Origin: a virus
Reading direction: 5' to 3' (one strand)
IMG/VR virus record: IMGVR_UViG_3300045988_053095
Length of the DNA: 18,105 nucleotides
Shown: positions 14,472 to 18,105 of the stretch, piece after piece
Layout of the letters: every line of letters begins with the position of its first letter
Position numbering within the stretch: position 1 is the stretch's first letter
Program-made: the position numbers and the translations under genes
Notes under the pieces: generated by a model
The model's database searches: none
What the model saw: only the letters and a program-made list of their open reading frames with translations
Told to the model about the DNA's origin: nothing

Positions 14472-15327
14472 TTGGTATGTCAAGCCCCTTAGTTGCTATG
14501 TCAGTAAGGTGCTTCCTGCCACTTATGATGCAACTCTCAGCTACTATGAGTGCCTGGCTAAGCTGACGTATAAGTTGAATGAGACGATTAAGAATCTGAA
14601 TGATTTGGAAGAGAATCTTCCGACTTATGTGCAGCAGGCGATTGACGCTGCTCTTGGCGGCTGGGAAGAGAAAATGCAGCAGCAGTTCGCAGAGCAGAAC
14701 GCAAAGTTACAGGCGATGCAGGAGCAGATTGACGCGCAGGATAAACACATCGACCAGAAGTTAGGCGAGTTCAAGGCTGAACTTGACGCGGCTATCAGGG
14801 AGATGGAAGCTGTGGCTAATCAGCAACTGAGTGCTATGTGGGCTATTCTGACAAGTGGCCTTGCAAGCAACAGGGCGTATACAGATGCGCAGATTGCTAA
14901 GCTACGTTCTGAGTTCCCCGACCTGAGCAACGTGTTCGTTATCTCTCCGGTGGATGGGCGGTTAGTTCCGATTCAGGTGGCGCTGGATGATATGTATGAT
15001 GTGCTTCGATATGGCGCTCTGACTGCTGGGCAGTATGATGCTTTGCAGTTGACAGCTAAGGAGTATGACGACAAGAATCTGACAGCATTCCGGTACGATA
15101 TGTACGGCCTTGTGGAACTGTGGCCTTACCTGAACCCGCATAAGATGCATAGCGTGACAACTGGTGAGTTGACTATCATCGGCACTGCGGTCTATCAGCT
15201 TGCGGATTATGTGAGAAAGAACGGTATCACCGCTCAGGCGTATGATAACTTGCAGCTTACTGCTCAGGCTTATGACGCAAAGCAAGTGACTGGCTACAAT
15301 TACGATTGGGCGGGGGTGACTGCCTAA
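14461..15327 (+). CDS. Tail appendage / fibre-anchor protein with coiled coil and C-terminal repeats (288 aa)
   Basis: The track start is 14440, but ATG 14461 lies 9 nt after AAAGGAG. It has the N-terminal LPATYDATLSYYECLAKL motif, a Gln/Glu-rich coiled coil, and two 96-nt repeat blocks (15013-15108 and 15220-15315). Position corresponds to phi29 gene 12. Confidence 0.7.
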   Translation: MLFNWYVKPLSCYVSKVLPATYDATLSYYECLAKLTYKLNETIKNLNDLEENLPTYVQQAIDAALGGWEEKMQQQFAEQNAKLQAMQEQIDAQDKHIDQKLGEFKAELDAAIREMEAVANQQLSAMWAILTSGLASNRAYTDAQIAKLRSEFPDLSNVFVISPVDGRLVPIQVALDDMYDVLRYGALTAGQYDALQLTAKEYDDKNLTAFRYDMYGLVELWPYLNPHKMHSVTTGELTIIGTAVYQLADYVRKNGITAQAYDNLQLTAQAYDAKQVTGYNYDWAGVTA

Positions 15328-15812
15328 TGGTTTACACAGTAAGGTTCGACCTGTTCAAGCAAGAGGTTACAAGATTTATTGATGGCGAGACGCAGATTCG
15401 GAAGAATTTCAAGTTGAAAGAGCTTTGCAATACGAAAACGGATAATGCGATTAAGCTCGTTGTCAATGAAAGATTGTTCCTGTTTCTGGATATGATGCAG
15501 GAATTGAGAGATAGATACGGGAAACCTATCAATGTTGGAAGCTGGTATCGAGAGGAGAAGTACAATAAAAAGATTGGCGGGAGCTCGAACAGCTTACACC
15601 TTGATGGGCTGGCTTGTGATTTCCACGTTGACCATAATCTGACACAGCATAAGAATATGGAAACAATGTGGAAAGCAATTTGCCAGAAGCACGGCGTGAT
15701 TGGCGGTATTAACCATTACACGCATGGCTACCACGTTTGCATTGGTGAAGAGAAATTCGGGGCGACTGCGTTCGTGGTAAGAGATTATCGTGGGAAGAAA
15801 GGAGACTGGTAA
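15327..15812 (+). CDS. Zinc D,D-/L,D-peptidase of the M15 family (161 aa); endolysin and/or tail-associated lysin
   Basis: TAATG coupling to the previous gene (track start 15306 is TTG). SxHxxGxAxD motif present as SLHLDGLACD, plus a downstream His cluster (HYTHGYH). No cell-wall-binding domain is evident. Confidence 0.82.
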   Translation: MVYTVRFDLFKQEVTRFIDGETQIRKNFKLKELCNTKTDNAIKLVVNERLFLFLDMMQELRDRYGKPINVGSWYREEKYNKKIGGSSNSLHLDGLACDFHVDHNLTQHKNMETMWKAICQKHGVIGGINHYTHGYHVCIGEEKFGATAFVVRDYRGKKGDW

Positions 15813-15814
15813 AG

Positions 15815-16660
15815 TTGAGCCATAGTAAAGGGACGACTAATTATAATCTGCCGCTGTTTACTAAGGACGATAGACCGGCTTGGCTGACGGATTTCAATTC
15901 CGCTATGCTGGAAGTGGATACCGTGGTTAAGGGTCTGTCGGACAAGGTTAAGGCGGGTGGACTGCCGACTTCTGGCGGTACGATGGATGGCAATATCAAT
16001 ATGAATGAACACGCCCTGACGAATGTTCAGGAAATTGAATTGCCGAGTTCCGGTGACGGTTTGTATGTCGGCGCTGTTGTTCAGCCTACTGGTACTACCG
16101 GAGCAAGACTTACTGGCGTTGGCAATGCAAATGCCGCTGCGTTTGTTAAGCCGGATACGCAGGATAGTTATGTGCCGGTGAGAGTTGGCACTCCGCAGAC
16201 CGGCGATGATGCCGTGAATAAGAATAGCTTGAATGGTACACTGTCGAGCTATATGAAGAAGTCAGGCGCTACCATGACTGGGCCGCTGATTCTTGGCGGT
16301 GCGCCTACTGAGGATTTGCAGGCTGCTACGAAGAAGTATGTCGATGACAATGCCGGTAGCGGCGGTATAAGCCAGGAATACGTGGACGCTCAGGTGGGCA
16401 CGAGACTGCCGCTGAACGGTGGCACAATGACTGGGGACCTGGTGCTGGTTAGTGATGTGCCCGCTACGGAGCATAGCGCTACGAGTAAGAACTATGTGCT
16501 CAGGGCATTCGGAAGTTGTCTGCCGAAGAGCGGCGGCACTATGACTGGGCCGCTGACGCTGAGTGGAGCGCCGAATGGTGATTTACAGGCGGCTACGAAG
16601 AAGTATGTAGACGACCAGATTGCGGCGAATATCACGGCGGCTATCAATGCGAGCTATTAA
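15815..16660 (+). CDS. Tail fibre protein 1 (281 aa)
   Basis: TTG start 10 nt after AAAGGAG. N-terminal TNYNLPLF..D.PAWL.DFN.AM..VDT module. Repeated GGTMTGPL.L.GAP..DLQAATKKYVDD units. Confidence 0.8.
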   Translation: MSHSKGTTNYNLPLFTKDDRPAWLTDFNSAMLEVDTVVKGLSDKVKAGGLPTSGGTMDGNINMNEHALTNVQEIELPSSGDGLYVGAVVQPTGTTGARLTGVGNANAAAFVKPDTQDSYVPVRVGTPQTGDDAVNKNSLNGTLSSYMKKSGATMTGPLILGGAPTEDLQAATKKYVDDNAGSGGISQEYVDAQVGTRLPLNGGTMTGDLVLVSDVPATEHSATSKNYVLRAFGSCLPKSGGTMTGPLTLSGAPNGDLQAATKKYVDDQIAANITAAINASY

Positions 16661-17200
16661 CCATATTATACAATTCCTATCGAAATAGTAGGAATTGAAA
16701 TATTGAAAGGAGAACTTATTATGGGTTACACAAACAAGACTTCTCACTACGATTTACCTCAGTGGATTGCAGGAGATAAGCCCTCTTGGCTGGGCGATGT
16801 GAATACCGCGATGCTGAATATCGACACCGCGATTGCCGGTGCTGATGCGAGCGCGAGTGCTGCGGAGAGTTCGGCAGCTGCGGCGAATGCTCAGGTTCAG
16901 GCGCAGGAAGCGAAGATTACGAAGAACACCACAGATATTCAGGCACTGACGGAGCAGCTGGCTGACGTAAGCGGTGTGGCAAGTGCAGCTCTGCCTAAGA
17001 ACGGCGGAACTATGACTGGCCCGCTTACGCTGGCGGGGGCGCCTACGCAGGATTTACAGGCTGCCACGAAGAAGTATGTCGATGACAATTCGGGCAAGGG
17101 AGCGCTGATGTTATCTGGCGGCACTATGACCGGCCCGCTTACGCTGAGTGGTGAACCGACAGCGGATTTGATGGCCGCTACCAAAAAGTATGTGGACGAT
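16262..17200 (+). repeat. Dispersed 87-nt (29-aa) fibre repeat units spanning both fibre genes
   Basis: Close in-frame copies at 16262-16348, 16529-16615, 17000-17086 and 17114-17200. More degenerate copies lie near 15969-16030 and 16415-16500. Confidence 0.85.
16671..16697 (+). promoter_or_regulatory. Intergenic inverted repeat between the fibre genes
   Basis: caattccta (16671-16679) pairs with taggaattg (16689-16697), with a 9-nt loop and no U-tract. Function unknown. Confidence 0.35.
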
Positions 17201-17617
17201 AAAACGCTTAGTGTTAGAACGGCTTATAGCTGCCATGACGCTGTTGCTGGTAGTTTAACCAATAATGTAACAACTGCGTCTCTTTTCAGCTTTAATTATA
17301 ACAAATACGTTTTTTGCGCAAGTGTTATTAGCGGCGCGTTTGCTGCGTCTGTTACGGCAATTTATACTGGGCCTAATACCGCCGATGCCGCATATGTTGA
17401 AATGTTTAAGGCCCCTGGAAATCCTTTTAATCTTGCGGTAAAGACAAACCCCTCTGCCGCTAATGATTTTACAGACATTGGTATTGGGGCTAATCCAGTG
17501 TCTCTTTCTGCCACCTATGACGGAACTCATACTCATTTCTATTCCCAAACTGTTAGGGGCAGCGTAACTGGTTTGGCTAATAAGGCGTTCTCTGGGTCTG
17601 GTGTTACATCTATCTGA
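16721..17617 (+). CDS. Tail fibre protein 2, paralog of fibre 1 with a different C-terminal domain (298 aa)
   Basis: The track start 16703 is TTG; ATG 16721 lies 8 nt after AAAGGAG. N-terminal TSHYDLPQW..GDKPSWL.DVN.AM..IDT module, an Ala-rich coiled segment, two GGTMTGPLTL...KKYVDD repeats, and a unique ~140-aa C-terminus. Confidence 0.8.
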   Translation: MGYTNKTSHYDLPQWIAGDKPSWLGDVNTAMLNIDTAIAGADASASAAESSAAAANAQVQAQEAKITKNTTDIQALTEQLADVSGVASAALPKNGGTMTGPLTLAGAPTQDLQAATKKYVDDNSGKGALMLSGGTMTGPLTLSGEPTADLMAATKKYVDDKTLSVRTAYSCHDAVAGSLTNNVTTASLFSFNYNKYVFCASVISGAFAASVTAIYTGPNTADAAYVEMFKAPGNPFNLAVKTNPSAANDFTDIGIGANPVSLSATYDGTHTHFYSQTVRGSVTGLANKAFSGSGVTSI

Positions 17618-17625
17618 GGTGTAGT

Positions 17626-18024
17626 ATGAGTGAGCTAACAACGCTTTTTACAAATATAGCCAACGCTATACGCTCAAAAACCGGCGATACTTCTGCTATT
17701 CCAGCTACTAATTTTAGCTCAGCTATTAACGACATTGCGGTAGCGCAAATAAAAGAAGTAACAACAAGTGGCGGTTCTACGTCTATTACTGTACCAGGAA
17801 TCAACGGTAAGTCATTCATGTTTACTGCAACAGCACAAAAAGAGGGAAATGGAATGCTGTTGTACGGCTATTCTTCTGGTAATGGATTTACATACTTTTT
17901 GATTGGTGTGGTATCTTCATATTGTCAGGCACAATTAAAGACTGGAACTATAGCGGGAGATACACTAACTTGCAATGGCGGAGTATTCTTAAATAACACG
18001 ACTTATAGATTTGTTGTGTGGTAA
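17626..18024 (+). CDS. Hypothetical late protein (132 aa), possibly fibre-associated
   Basis: GAGGTG RBS. Last gene before the right-end terminator. The N-terminal FTNIANAIRSKTGDT motif resembles a motif I recall from other phage tail-associated proteins (unverified). Confidence 0.6.
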   Translation: MSELTTLFTNIANAIRSKTGDTSAIPATNFSSAINDIAVAQIKEVTTSGGSTSITVPGINGKSFMFTATAQKEGNGMLLYGYSSGNGFTYFLIGVVSSYCQAQLKTGTIAGDTLTCNGGVFLNNTTYRFVVW

Positions 18025-18028
18025 ATTT

Positions 18029-18057
18029 CTGGAGAGGGTTATTCCCTCTCCAGTTTT
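18029..18057 (+). terminator. Rho-independent terminator of the late operon
   Basis: ctggagaggg (18029-18038) pairs with ccctctccag (18044-18053), with a 5-nt loop, followed by TTTT (18054-18057). Confidence 0.8.
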
Positions 18058-18070
18058 ACTGCTACGGTTA

Positions 18071-18105
18071 AACTGGAAGGGGGTCGAAAATCCAATCCAG
18101 CAGGG
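18071..18105. repeat. Right inverted terminal repeat (35 bp)
   Basis: Exact reverse complement of 1-35. Confidence 0.97.

Noticed and set aside
1982-16720. Upstream alternative-start extensions given by the ORF track (1982, 2742, 6896, 8536, 14440, 15306, 16703)
   Set aside because: In each case a downstream in-frame ATG has a properly spaced Shine-Dalgarno sequence or a stop/start coupling. The track start has none, or is a TTG with no RBS. The shorter models are reported, but the true starts remain unverified.
1-18105. The ITR-bounded element could be a transposon, casposon or polinton-like mobile element, or a linear plasmid
   Set aside because: There is no transposase or integrase. A full virion module is present (capsid, portal, collar, tail knob, fibres, packaging ATPase, lysis genes), so a phage genome is the simplest reading.

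Overview
This window appears to be a complete 18,105-bp linear genome of a small phi29-like, protein-primed podophage (Picovirinae/Salasmaviridae-like). The window ends are a perfect 35-bp inverted terminal repeat beginning 5'-CCC. There are three transcription blocks. (1) A rightward early block (342-7093), driven by a strong extended -10 promoter, holds small unknown and Cys-rich proteins, a p6-like DNA-binding gene, a p5-like SSB gene, a terminal-protein candidate, a family-B protein-primed DNA polymerase with every canonical motif, and mini membrane peptides. (2) A leftward block (8898-7248) holds three small membrane proteins and a gp16-like packaging ATPase. (3) A rightward late block (9053-18024) holds scaffold, major capsid protein with a C-terminal Big_2 domain, gp9-like tail knob, gp10-like portal, lower collar, an appendage/anchor protein, an M15 zinc peptidase, two paralogous repeat-containing tail fibres and a small terminal ORF. 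Strong AAAGGAG-type ribosome binding sites suggest a Bacillota host (inference). No tRNA, CRISPR array, integrase or repressor was seen. The most notable unannotated signal is an apparently complete type II hammerhead ribozyme at 2327-2409, in the 211-nt gap just upstream of the codon-optimised p6-like/SSB-like genes. Other items worth checking: a 49-bp dyad holding two perfect, mutually overlapping divergent TTGACA-17-TATAAT promoters; a nested-helix non-coding segment next to the packaging ATPase (speculative pRNA analogue); a hairpin-rich left-end leader; a vestigial duplicated fibre-anchor N-terminus; and 87-nt repeat units shared by the two fibre genes. All homology statements rest on motif recognition and recalled phi29 sequences, not on searches.
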